Shown here one piece after another: positions 9,536-18,973 of a stretch of DNA of 64,000 nt; the stretch's first letter is position 1, and every line of letters starts with the position of its first letter. Source of the stretch: an uncultured Bifidobacteriaceae bacterium. Its GTDB lineage: Bacteria > Acidobacteriota > Vicinamibacteria > Vicinamibacterales > UBA2999. The notes beneath the pieces are model-generated. The model had not been told where the DNA came from, ran no database searches, and was given only the letters and a program-made list of their open reading frames with translations. The stretch spans positions 2,915 to 66,914 of the forward strand of contig CAZDLW010000002.1 in the NCBI GenBank assembly GCA_964505975.1, given 5' to 3'. Both the position numbers and the translations under genes were made by a program.

Positions 9536-9997
9536 CGTGACCTGCCGCCAGATCGTGGGTTCCACGCGTCAACGCCGGTTCCAGATGGTGCCGCGTCGTG
9601 ATCGCGCATGTCCGACGACCCCATGAATGCCAGGAGCAGTACTGCTCTCATCCGGGGACATCGCAACGATCGGGAGCGTTCCAGGGTCTGGTCCAGCGTG
9701 AGCACGGCTCGAGTGAACGGGTAGACGTTACGTCGCAGAACAGGCAGCCACGCGGTCGTTACAACGAACGGGGACGTACCGGCCACGACCACGGCAGGCG
9801 CAACCCATCGTCGCCCTCCGCACACGCTACTCCGGGCGTGGATCCGCTCGCTCATCGCGGGCGCAGAATCGAATAACAGGGCCACCGATGTCCTTGCAGA
9901 CAGCCGCCACAGTTGCATATCCTCTCGCATTCGTTTCTCGTACATAGGCGGTGAGAATTTGTTGTCCAAGCGTGTCACGCCCACTCAGGAGAATCAC

Positions 9998-10249
9998 ATG
10001 GCAACTGCTGTATCGACGGCCACACGTCGTGTGGGATTCCTCCTGGCCGGAAGCTATGTGGTCCTGGCAGTGAGCGGTCCGATGAACCCCCTGCTGTCTG
10101 ATCCGTTCGTCTTCCTCCTGTACCTCGTCGGCATGATCGGGCTCGGCCTCACGACCATCACGTACGGGGTGACGCGCGGCTGGCCACCGGAGATCGACGG
10201 GGTGCTCCCTGGCACCGGCGAAGCCGATCGCAAGCGCCAGGACGGCTGA
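9998..10249 (+). CDS. Small two-TM membrane protein (hypothetical)
   Basis: ATG preceded by AGGAG ('actcaggagaatcacATG'). Two hydrophobic helices, GC-rich third codon positions, and a position immediately upstream of a solute symporter. Confidence 0.5.
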   Translation: MATAVSTATRRVGFLLAGSYVVLAVSGPMNPLLSDPFVFLLYLVGMIGLGLTTITYGVTRGWPPEIDGVLPGTGEADRKRQDG

Positions 10250-10389
10250 AAACATCGACTGAGCGGTGCTCCGGCTGTCGCACATCCGTCGCATCCGCGA
10301 GAACATTCGACGTGGCGAGATCCGGCACGGCCGGCGCGCTGGCGTGGCCCGCATCACGCGGCCCGTTCGTGCGCCGAGGAGACAGACCG

Positions 10390-11925
10390 GTGGAGATTGA
10401 GGAGATTGCAGGCACGTGGCAACCGTGGCAGCCGCTGCTGATCATCGGGTTGTACATCGTGGTCGTACTCGGGATCGCTCTCGCAGCCCGCCGCAAGCAG
10501 GTCGACAAGTCCGCGCACGACTTCTTCGTCACCAACTGGAAGACCGGCTGGGTGGGCATCTCTTTTTCCATTGCGGCCACCTCCGGCTCTGCGGGCTTCG
10601 TGATGGGCACGATCGGCGTGTTCTACACCAATCCGCCCGCATTGAGCGGGTACGTCTTCGGGATGCTCTTTGCGCCGCTCATCCTCTGGTTCGTCGGCCG
10701 CCGGCTCTGGCCACTCGGCCGTCGTGACGGGTTCATCACGTACACCGATTTCATCGGGGACTTCTACCAATCGGAACGATTGCGGGTGGTCGTGTCGGTT
10801 CTCGTGGTCACCTTCTTCGCCCCGTACTTCGCCGTGAACCTCATGGCGCCCGGTCTGCTGCTGCAGGCGCTGACGGGCGGCGCCATTCCTTACTGGGCGG
10901 GTGTTCTGTTGATGGCGGTGATCGGCACCGGGTACGTGTTGCTGGGCGGCATGCGAGCCGTGATCTGGACGGACATCGCGCAGGCGCTCGTCATCTACAT
11001 CACGTTCCTCACGCTCATTCCGGTGGTCGTCTATGCGGCAGGCGGTGTCGACGGTATCGTTGCGTCCATCCCGGCACAGTCCCTGACCTACGATTTCAGC
11101 TGGAACATGTGGATGCTGGTCATCTCCTGGATGGTGCTGTTGGGCCTGATGCAGCCGTCGAATCCTGACCGCGCGTTCCGACTCCTGGCGGCGAACTCGC
11201 TGGCGACGATTCAGCGCGGCGCGATCGCCTCGTGCGTCCTCCTGGGCCTTTCCGCCACCATCGCGATGAGTCTGGCCTGGACCTTCCGCGCGCTGCTCCC
11301 GGGAGTGGGGAACCCCGATCTCGTGATGCCCTTGGGGATTGCACAGCATGCGATGTACCTCATGCCGCTCTTCATCGTGGCCGTCTGGGCGGGAGGGATG
11401 TCCACGTTGGATTCCGGACTGATGGCCTGTACCGCGATGCTCACGCAGGACGTGTACAAGCGCAACATCAACCCGGAGGCGACTTCGGCCCGTGTGATGA
11501 TGCTGTCGCGGATCCTCGTCGTGCTGTTCGGCGTTTTCGCGACATTCGTAGCGCTCGCCGAACCGCCCTTCCTCTGGTACTTGATTGGGGCTGCGGGTGG
11601 GGTGGCGATGCAGTGGCTTCCGGCGATGCTGTTTGGCCTGTACTGGAGGCGAGCGAACGCGCCGGCGGCATGGGCGGGCATCATGAGCGGCATGGCCGTT
11701 ACGGTCCTCTTCCAGTACGTGTTCACCTCACCGTGGCCAGGTCCCGGTGGTCCCGCGATCATGGGGTTCGGCGTGCAGTTGCCGCTGTACGTGACCGTCG
11801 CCCTGCTCACGAGACCCCAGCCGGAGGCACATCTCGAGCGGTACCAGGGAATCTTCCGCAAAGCTGAGCCGGCATTGCCACGCGCCAGCGGCGCGGCGGC
11901 CCGGCAGGAAAGCCCGCTCACGTGA
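10390..11925 (+). CDS. Sodium:solute symporter family (SSF) transporter
   Basis: About 12-13 predicted TM helices. 'ARRKQVDKSAHDFFVTNWKTGWVGISFSIAATSGSAGFVMG' is an SSF-type N-terminus. Start set at the GTG at 10390, which follows AGGAG. The listed ORF starts at GTG 10312. Confidence 0.8.
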   Translation: MEIEEIAGTWQPWQPLLIIGLYIVVVLGIALAARRKQVDKSAHDFFVTNWKTGWVGISFSIAATSGSAGFVMGTIGVFYTNPPALSGYVFGMLFAPLILWFVGRRLWPLGRRDGFITYTDFIGDFYQSERLRVVVSVLVVTFFAPYFAVNLMAPGLLLQALTGGAIPYWAGVLLMAVIGTGYVLLGGMRAVIWTDIAQALVIYITFLTLIPVVVYAAGGVDGIVASIPAQSLTYDFSWNMWMLVISWMVLLGLMQPSNPDRAFRLLAANSLATIQRGAIASCVLLGLSATIAMSLAWTFRALLPGVGNPDLVMPLGIAQHAMYLMPLFIVAVWAGGMSTLDSGLMACTAMLTQDVYKRNINPEATSARVMMLSRILVVLFGVFATFVALAEPPFLWYLIGAAGGVAMQWLPAMLFGLYWRRANAPAAWAGIMSGMAVTVLFQYVFTSPWPGPGGPAIMGFGVQLPLYVTVALLTRPQPEAHLERYQGIFRKAEPALPRASGAAARQESPLT

Positions 11926-12295
11926 CGTGACACGCAGCGATTGGTGCAGCAACTGTGTGCGGCAGCCAGGAGCAACGCAGCCTGGCCCGGTTTCGCCTGT
12001 CTGAGTTGCAGCAGCGCTGCTGCCGCACGGTCGCGCAGCCCTCGACACACCGGAACGACGCGCGGGGCAGAGCGTACCTGCATCGGGTCATTGACACGGC
12101 GGGATCGCCAAGCCAGAATCTGCGTCTTCTGCAGGCGGGCGGCGGGATCCGGGAGCAGGAGCTCAGCAGTGCCAGGCAGACTCTCCAGCAGGCGGCGAAC
12201 GAGCGGGAGCGCCTGGCGGGACACGCCGCCGTGCGCGGTCCGCCGCACGTTCGACGGTTTCGATGCTGGTCGACATTCGACCGCGAGGTGCCCTC

Positions 12296-15199
12296 ATGAG
12301 AACGGTAATCCGAATGTATGCGATGGCGGCGCTGCTGCTGGTGCCATCGACGGCGTGGTCTCAATCCGCGGCCATTCTCGGTACGGTTACGGATGCCACC
12401 GGCGGTGCGCTTCCGGGCGTGCTCGTGGAAGTCACGAGTCCCGCGCTCATCGAGGGGATGCGGACGGCGGTGACCGACGAACGGGGCACGTACCGGTTCA
12501 TCGAGCTGAGGCCCGGAACCTATGACGTGACCTTTGCGCTGCAGGGATTCACCACTGAGCGGCGGCAGGGAGTGGTGCTGACCACCGGGTTCACCGCAAC
12601 CGTCAACAGCACCCTGCAAATCGGTACGTTCGAGGAGAACGTGGTCGTCACGCGGCAGGCGTCGCAGGTCGACACGGTGAGCAGCGCCGTGCAGACGGTC
12701 CTCAGCCAGGAAACGTTGAACGCGCTGCCGCTCGGCCAGAGCCTCGGCATGGTACGGTCGCTGCTGCCGGGTGCCACGGCCGCCGCCAACGCCCAGGACG
12801 TGGGCGGAAACCAGGGTGAGTCCACGCAGGGCTTCAGCGTACACGGGAGCCGCGCAGGCGATTTTCAGCAGTATCGCGACGGCATGCTCACCAACTCGCT
12901 CATCGCCGCCGGCAACTGGGTCTCCAGCCAGAACCTGGCCACCGTCGCGGAGGTCGTCGTCACGTCGGGCGGCTTCGGCGCGCTGGCGCAGACCGGCGGC
13001 GGCATCGTCAACATCGTCCAGCGGGAGGGCGGCAACACGTTCGGAGGCACGTTCCAGGGGGACTTTGCCACCCGACATCTGCAGTCGAGCAATCTGACCG
13101 ACGCGCTGCGGGCGCGCAACGCCCGGACGGAGGCCGAGATCAGGCAGCGATACGACGTGGGCGGGGGCGTCGGAGGCCCCATCCTCCGCAGCAAGCTGTG
13201 GTTCTACGCCGGCGTGCGCCGCTGGGAAACGTCATCGTACCAGCCGAACAACTATTTCAACGCCACGCAAGGCACCATGCTCTACATGCCGGACCTGAAC
13301 CGGCCTGCGTACGACCTCGCCTACTACACCGAGGTCAACGCCAAGCTCACGTGGCAGGCCACACAGAAGCAGAAGGTGACGTTCACGTACGTCACGGAGC
13401 GGAACTGTAACTGCTTCTTCCAGATCAACACGGGCACGCTGGCGCCGGAGGCGGCCGGCAGCAACCTGTACGATCCCAACTATCGGATTCAGAGCACGTG
13501 GACGTATCCCCTGAGCAATCGGCTCCTCCTATGGGCAGGCATCACCCACCAGTTCAATCGGGCGAATCGCATGACGGAAGGAGATGGTCTGGAATCGCAT
13601 CGGTCGATCCTCGAGCTGTCGAACAACTACCGCTACAACGCGCCGGGCTCGAGCCTCATCCTGCCGTTCTCGTGGGGCACGCAGGACAGCCTGCAGTCGA
13701 ACCAGAACTTCTCGCTCTCGTACACGCCGGGCCGCCATCTCTTCAAGGTCGGTTTCACCACGATACAGGGCATCCAGGAGAAGGATTCGCGGATTGCCGA
13801 CTCCATGACGTTCACCTTCCGGAGCGGCGTGCCCCAGTCGATCACGCTCTGGGCGACGCCGTACTACTGGAAGAACCGAGTGGACTACTACTCCGTGTAC
13901 GCAGAAGATCAGTGGACGTTCGACCGGCTGACGCTGAACCTGGGCCTCCGGTATGACGGCCTTCGCGGAAGTGTCCCGGCGCAGGAGCTTCCCGCCGGCC
14001 CGTTCGTGCCGGCCCGAAGCTTTGACCCAGTGAGGAACACGCCGAGCTTCAATGACCTGAACCCACGTCTGGGTGGGGCGCTGGACGTCTTCGGCACAGG
14101 TCGCACCGCACTCAAGGGCTCGGTTTCGCGCACCGTTGTCTTCCAGGCTCCTGGAGGGTTGACCCAGGCGAACAACCCGGTCAACGCCATGGTGACGAGT
14201 GCGACGCGCACATGGAACGACGTGAATGCCGATTACGTACCGCAGGAGAGCGAGCTCGGTCCGCTCTCGAACGCCAACTTCGGTGACATCGTGCGTAACA
14301 CGTTCTACGACGACGATGTGATCAGGGGATGGCACAACCGAGAGTACAGCTGGCAGGTATCCGCGTCGATCGCGCACGAGTTCAGCCGCCGTTTGTCCGC
14401 TGTCTTCTCCTATCATCGGACGTGGTACGGCAATTTCACCGTCACGCGCAACCAGGCCGTCGATCCCTCCACCGACTTCGCGCCCTATTGCGTAACGGCT
14501 CCAGCCGATTCCCGACTACCGGTGAGCGGCCAGGAGATCTGCGGCCTGTACGACGTGAACCCCAACAGGTTCGGCCAGGTGAGCAACCTCGTGATGCCCA
14601 CATCGCAGTTTGGGGATCAGAGCGAGGTCTACAACGGTATCTCGCTCTCGCTCACGGGCACCGCCAGGGGCTTGTTCTATGGTGGAGGCGTCAGCACCGG
14701 CGCCACGACGACCGAGGCCTGTTTCATCGTCAACTCGCCGCAGGATCTCTACCAGTGCCGGAACGAGCAATCCTGGTACGCGAGGACGCAGTTCAAGGGG
14801 CACCTGGTGGCGCCGCTGCCCGGCCAGTTCCAGGTGAGCGGCGTGCTGCAGGTGCTCCCCTCCATTCCGTTGCTCGCCAACTACGTCGTTGGCAACGCGC
14901 AGGTCGCCGCGTCGCTCGGGCGGAACCTGTCGGGCGGAGCCACTGCGACGCGCACCATTCCGTTGATTCAGAACAACAACCAGTTCGCCGAGGGCTGGAA
15001 CCACCAGGTCGACTTCCGGGTGTCCCGCGCCTTCAACCTCGGCGCGGGTGTGCGTTTGCATCCGGAGCTGGCCGTGTTCAACCTCTTCAATGCGAACGCG
15101 GTCCTTGGCACGGTGAACACGTATGGAGCGCTCTGGCAGAATGTCACGACCGTGCTCGGCTCGCGCGTGGTGAAGTTTGGCGCGCAGCTGCACTTCTGA
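12296..15199 (+). CDS. TonB-dependent outer-membrane receptor with N-terminal carboxypeptidase-regulatory-like domain
   Basis: Signal peptide, then 'AAILGTVTDATGGALPGVLVEVTSP...TDERGTYRFIELRPGTYDVTFALQGF' (CarboxypepD_reg). A long beta-barrel follows, ending in the aromatic terminus 'VVKFGAQLHF'. Confidence 0.85.
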   Translation: MRTVIRMYAMAALLLVPSTAWSQSAAILGTVTDATGGALPGVLVEVTSPALIEGMRTAVTDERGTYRFIELRPGTYDVTFALQGFTTERRQGVVLTTGFTATVNSTLQIGTFEENVVVTRQASQVDTVSSAVQTVLSQETLNALPLGQSLGMVRSLLPGATAAANAQDVGGNQGESTQGFSVHGSRAGDFQQYRDGMLTNSLIAAGNWVSSQNLATVAEVVVTSGGFGALAQTGGGIVNIVQREGGNTFGGTFQGDFATRHLQSSNLTDALRARNARTEAEIRQRYDVGGGVGGPILRSKLWFYAGVRRWETSSYQPNNYFNATQGTMLYMPDLNRPAYDLAYYTEVNAKLTWQATQKQKVTFTYVTERNCNCFFQINTGTLAPEAAGSNLYDPNYRIQSTWTYPLSNRLLLWAGITHQFNRANRMTEGDGLESHRSILELSNNYRYNAPGSSLILPFSWGTQDSLQSNQNFSLSYTPGRHLFKVGFTTIQGIQEKDSRIADSMTFTFRSGVPQSITLWATPYYWKNRVDYYSVYAEDQWTFDRLTLNLGLRYDGLRGSVPAQELPAGPFVPARSFDPVRNTPSFNDLNPRLGGALDVFGTGRTALKGSVSRTVVFQAPGGLTQANNPVNAMVTSATRTWNDVNADYVPQESELGPLSNANFGDIVRNTFYDDDVIRGWHNREYSWQVSASIAHEFSRRLSAVFSYHRTWYGNFTVTRNQAVDPSTDFAPYCVTAPADSRLPVSGQEICGLYDVNPNRFGQVSNLVMPTSQFGDQSEVYNGISLSLTGTARGLFYGGGVSTGATTTEACFIVNSPQDLYQCRNEQSWYARTQFKGHLVAPLPGQFQVSGVLQVLPSIPLLANYVVGNAQVAASLGRNLSGGATATRTIPLIQNNNQFAEGWNHQVDFRVSRAFNLGAGVRLHPELAVFNLFNANAVLGTVNTYGALWQNVTTVLGSRVVKFGAQLHF

Positions 15200-15239
15200 C
15201 AGCGGTGTGGGACGTCGCATTCATGGTGGAGACCAAGTC

Positions 15240-16907
15240 ATGTGGCATATGCGAATGATGGCCCTCGCGGGCGGCGCCCTCGCGGGAGCGACACTGGTGC
15301 TGGTGTTGCTCCAGTCACCGGCGGGCGCGCAGTCGGAGACCTGTCCCGGCGGGCGGTTCCTGCTGCTGACGAACGGACGCATCCACACGATGGACGCGCA
15401 GCGATCCGTCGTCTCGCGCGTGCGGATCGCGAACGGGAGGTTCGTCGAGGTGGGCGACGCCGCCAGCGACGCGGGCGGCTGCACTGACACGATCGACCTG
15501 CGCGGGCGCACGGTCGTCCCCGGGATGATCGATAACCACTTCCACGTGCAGCTGGTGGGGAGCCGGCCCGGGTACGAGACGCGCACGATCGAGACGGCGT
15601 TCTCGATCGCGGACGTGCAGCAAATCGTTCGCGAGCGGGCGCAAGAGGTTCCCGAGGGCGCCTTCATCACGGCGATCGGCGGGCTGCAGCCCCGGCAATT
15701 CGCGGAGAACCGCCTGCCGACGCTGGCGGAACTGGACGCGGCGGCGCCGCGCCATGCCGTATACATCCATTCCGGGTTCAACGGCCCCGCCGTGACGAAC
15801 ACGCTCGGCCGGAAGTTCTTCGACAGCAAAGGCGTGCCGGTGGGGGCGGACGGTTCCATCGCGCAGAACGACCCGACATGGGACGCGCTGGATGCGCTGC
15901 GCTCGGTCTGGACGCACGAGGATACCAAGCGGACGATGCAGCAGGTGTTCAGCTATTTCAACAGCGTGGGGCTGACGACGGTGCACTCGGTGCTGGGATC
16001 GCAGGAGCGCGGGCCAGCCCAGTACTTCGGGACGCGCGAACAACGGCCGATGATGGATCTGATGCGGGAGGACAAGCTCACGCTGCGGCTGCGGTTGTAC
16101 TTCAATACCGGCCCACGCGTGGACGGCAAGCCGGGGAACGGCACGGTGCGGGAGTTGGTCGATCACCAGCTGCCCGATCTCGGCAACGATATGGTGAAGG
16201 TGGCCGGCCTTGGCGAGCACATCGTGGACTGGCCGCTCGAGGGAGCGGTGCCGCTCGGGGAAGAGTATTACGAGTCGGTGCGGTTGCTGGCCGAGCGCGG
16301 GTGGCAACTGATGGAACACAGCTTCAACGACACGAACCACCGGACCCGTGCCGATATCTGGGAGCGGGTGCACCGCGAGGTTCCGATTACCGGCCTTCGC
16401 TGGTCCATCGACCACGTGTCGAGCATCGAGCCGGCGACCATCGAGCGGATGAAGAAACTGGGCGTCGGCGTGCGGGCTCACGGGTGGCGCGTGCTGGGCG
16501 GTGCGCCGGGGCCGCAACCGGCCGGCCCTCCCTACCGGCAGCTCCTGGACAGCGGAATTCGCGTGGGAACCGGGCTGGATGGCGCACAGGCGGCGCCGAT
16601 CAACCCGTGGCTGAACGTGTACTACATGGTGACCGGACGCAACGTGCGTGGGGAGCTGATCAATGACGGGCAGCAGATCTCGCGGGGGGAGGCGGTCTGG
16701 CTGTACACGGGCGCGAACGGCTGGTTTTCCCGTGAGGAGCACACGCTCGGCACGATCGAGCCGGGCCGGCACGCGGATCTCGTGGTGTTGAGTGCAAACG
16801 TGTTCGATCCGCAGGCGGTGCCCGACGAGGAGATCCGGCGCGTCCGCTCGGTGATGACCCTGCTGGGCGGAAGAATCGTGTACGGCAACGCCGAGGCGCT
16901 GCGGTAA
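15240..16907 (+). CDS. Amidohydrolase-family metallohydrolase (Amidohydro_3-like), secreted
   Basis: Signal peptide 'MMALAGGALAGATLVLVLLQSPAGAQ'. 'VVPGMIDNHFHV' is the HxH metal motif. The C-terminus 'GTIEPGRHADLVVLS' is typical of this family. Confidence 0.8.
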   Translation: MWHMRMMALAGGALAGATLVLVLLQSPAGAQSETCPGGRFLLLTNGRIHTMDAQRSVVSRVRIANGRFVEVGDAASDAGGCTDTIDLRGRTVVPGMIDNHFHVQLVGSRPGYETRTIETAFSIADVQQIVRERAQEVPEGAFITAIGGLQPRQFAENRLPTLAELDAAAPRHAVYIHSGFNGPAVTNTLGRKFFDSKGVPVGADGSIAQNDPTWDALDALRSVWTHEDTKRTMQQVFSYFNSVGLTTVHSVLGSQERGPAQYFGTREQRPMMDLMREDKLTLRLRLYFNTGPRVDGKPGNGTVRELVDHQLPDLGNDMVKVAGLGEHIVDWPLEGAVPLGEEYYESVRLLAERGWQLMEHSFNDTNHRTRADIWERVHREVPITGLRWSIDHVSSIEPATIERMKKLGVGVRAHGWRVLGGAPGPQPAGPPYRQLLDSGIRVGTGLDGAQAAPINPWLNVYYMVTGRNVRGELINDGQQISRGEAVWLYTGANGWFSREEHTLGTIEPGRHADLVVLSANVFDPQAVPDEEIRRVRSVMTLLGGRIVYGNAEALR

Positions 16908-16940
16908 ACCACGGGTCTCCTCGGGCGCCAGAGGACAGAT

Positions 16941-17720
16941 ATGGCACTCCGCCTCGCCTGCGATCTCGACGGCACGCTGGCCGACATGGAGAAGGCCTTA
17001 CAGCAGGAAGCCGAGCGTCTGTTCGGGCCTGATGTCGATCTGCGGGCGCGCGGGCACGTAGTGGCGGAGCGTGACGACGAAGGAGGGCACTTTCGGGCGG
17101 CGCCCGCCGACTCGGGGTCTCCCAGTGAGACGGAGTCCTCGTCCGATCAGGAGGGAGCGAGGCCACCGGCTGTCGAGTCACCTCATGCGCCCAGAAGGGC
17201 TTTGACGGACTCGCAACTTCGTTCGCTCTGGGCGCACGTCCGGGGGCTGGAGAACTTCTGGACGACGCTCGATGAGATCGAGCCAGGAGTCGTGGCGCAT
17301 CTGGCTCGGCTGGCGGCGGCGCACCGCTGGGAGGTGCTGTTCGTGACGCAGCGCCCATCGACAAATGGCGACACCGCGCAGCGGCAGTCGCAGCAGTGGC
17401 TCGTGCGGCATGGGTTCGAGTATCCCTCCGTCTATGTGATGAACGGTTCGCGCGGCAGATTGGCGGATGCGCTGGGACTGCATGCCGTCGTGGACGATCG
17501 CACTGAAAACTGCCTCGACGTGAAGACCGACTCGCGCGCGCGGCCCTTGCTGGTCTGGCGAGACGCCCCGGAAGCCGTGCCGCCGGCCCTCCCTGGTTTG
17601 GGGATCGACGTCGTCTTTTCGATGACCGACGCGTTGAGTGCCCTCGAAGCCATGACGCACACGATGAACAGGCCGGGCGGCTTGTTCGCCCGGATACGCC
17701 AGAAGATTGGTGCCTGGTAG
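16941..17720 (+). CDS. HAD-superfamily hydrolase-like protein (5'-nucleotidase-like) with an acidic/low-complexity insertion
   Basis: N-terminal 'LACDLDGTLAD' is a DxDGT HAD motif I. The later 'VLFVTQRPS...VVDDRTENCLD' is consistent with HAD motifs II-IV. Confidence 0.45.
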   Translation: MALRLACDLDGTLADMEKALQQEAERLFGPDVDLRARGHVVAERDDEGGHFRAAPADSGSPSETESSSDQEGARPPAVESPHAPRRALTDSQLRSLWAHVRGLENFWTTLDEIEPGVVAHLARLAAAHRWEVLFVTQRPSTNGDTAQRQSQQWLVRHGFEYPSVYVMNGSRGRLADALGLHAVVDDRTENCLDVKTDSRARPLLVWRDAPEAVPPALPGLGIDVVFSMTDALSALEAMTHTMNRPGGLFARIRQKIGAW

Positions 17721-17858
17721 CGCAACCTCCGACAAGCACCTCACCGCCCGTGACTGATATCGACGCTCAGTGGAGGACTGACGAGCACCGGCGCGGAGCA
17801 CGCCGCGAACAGGGAGCTGCGACTCGATGATACCCGCGAGAGAAGGCCCGGGCCCCAG

Positions 17859-18824
17859 ATGGCGAAGACCGGCAGAATCCTCGTAACCGGTGGCGCGGGA
17901 TTCATCGGCAGCCACCTGGTCGACGCCTTGCTGACGGAGGGGTGGCAGGTGGAGGTGGTCGACAATTTCGATCCCTTCTATGACGTGTCGACCAAGGAAG
18001 CCAACATCGCTTCGCATCGCCACCGCCCTGCGTACGCGTTGGTGAACGTGGACATCGCCGACTCTGACGCTCTCCGCGCACGCGTGTCGGGCACCTTCGA
18101 CGCGGTGGTGCACCTGGCGGCCAGGGCCGGCGTGCGTCCATCCATCGCCGATCCGCTCGCTTACCAACGTACGAATGTCAACGGGACCCAGAATCTGCTG
18201 GAGCTCGCTCGCGAGCGGGGCGTGCCGCGTTTCGTCTTTGCGTCCTCCAGTAGCGTCTACGGGATCAACCCGCGCGTGCCATGGAGTGAAGACGACCACG
18301 TGCTCAGACCCATCAGTCCGTACGCGAGCACCAAGGTAAGCGGCGAGCTGCTCGGCCATGTGTATGCACACTTGTACGGGATCCGGTTCATCGGTCTGCG
18401 ATTCTTCACGGTGTACGGGCCTCGTCAACGGCCGGACCTCGCCATTCACGCGTTTGCGAAGCGGATGCTCGCAGGACGACCCATTCCGGTGTTCGGGGAC
18501 GGAAGCACCAGGCGCGACTACACGTTCATCGACGACATCATCGTCGGGCTGCGGCGTGCCATCGACTACGACGGCTCCGGCTACGAGATTGTGAATCTGG
18601 GAAACAATCGGACGGTGAGTCTGAGCGAAATGGTCGCGCAGCTCGAACGGGCACTCGGCGTCGCCGCCATTGTCGATCGACTCCCCGAGCAGCCCGGCGA
18701 CGTGCCGCAGACATGGGCGCGCATCGACAAGGCCCGTGCGCTGTTTGATTATCGACCGCAGACGACGTTCGAGGAGGGACTAGCCGAGTTCGTCGAATGG
18801 CTTCGCTCGACAGGCAGCGTGTAG
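17859..18824 (+). CDS. NAD-dependent nucleotide-sugar epimerase/dehydratase (extended SDR; UDP-glucuronate 4-epimerase-like)
   Basis: 'ILVTGGAGFIGSHLVDAL' is the Rossmann motif. 'SPYASTKVSGE' is the YxxxK catalytic motif. 321 aa. Confidence 0.85.
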   Translation: MAKTGRILVTGGAGFIGSHLVDALLTEGWQVEVVDNFDPFYDVSTKEANIASHRHRPAYALVNVDIADSDALRARVSGTFDAVVHLAARAGVRPSIADPLAYQRTNVNGTQNLLELARERGVPRFVFASSSSVYGINPRVPWSEDDHVLRPISPYASTKVSGELLGHVYAHLYGIRFIGLRFFTVYGPRQRPDLAIHAFAKRMLAGRPIPVFGDGSTRRDYTFIDDIIVGLRRAIDYDGSGYEIVNLGNNRTVSLSEMVAQLERALGVAAIVDRLPEQPGDVPQTWARIDKARALFDYRPQTTFEEGLAEFVEWLRSTGSV

Positions 18825-18862
18825 CCACCCTGGTTCATTCGACGTTGGCAGCATGCCGCCGC

Positions 18863-18883
18863 GCGTCCCGACGACCGGGACGC
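18863..18883. terminator. Hairpin between convergent genes (candidate bidirectional terminator)
   Basis: GCGTCCCG-acgac-CGGGACGC, an 8-bp perfect stem. It lies in the 149-nt gap between the epimerase stop and the PilT-like gene stop. No U-tract. Confidence 0.35.
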
Positions 18884-18973
18884 TGAAACCAGGCTCGGCA
18901 CCTTCATGGCCCGCCGGGCGGTGCACGTGCTCCGAACGGACCGCCTCAAAGCAGTGAGGGAATATTACCGGCT

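Noticed and set aside
9532-9984. 150-aa minus-strand ORF in the gap between the Uma2 gene and the small membrane protein, with two hydrophobic stretches.
   Set aside because: I recognised no RBS or family. Coding statistics are mediocre and the N-terminal half looks non-protein-like. I left it unannotated. It could be a small membrane protein.
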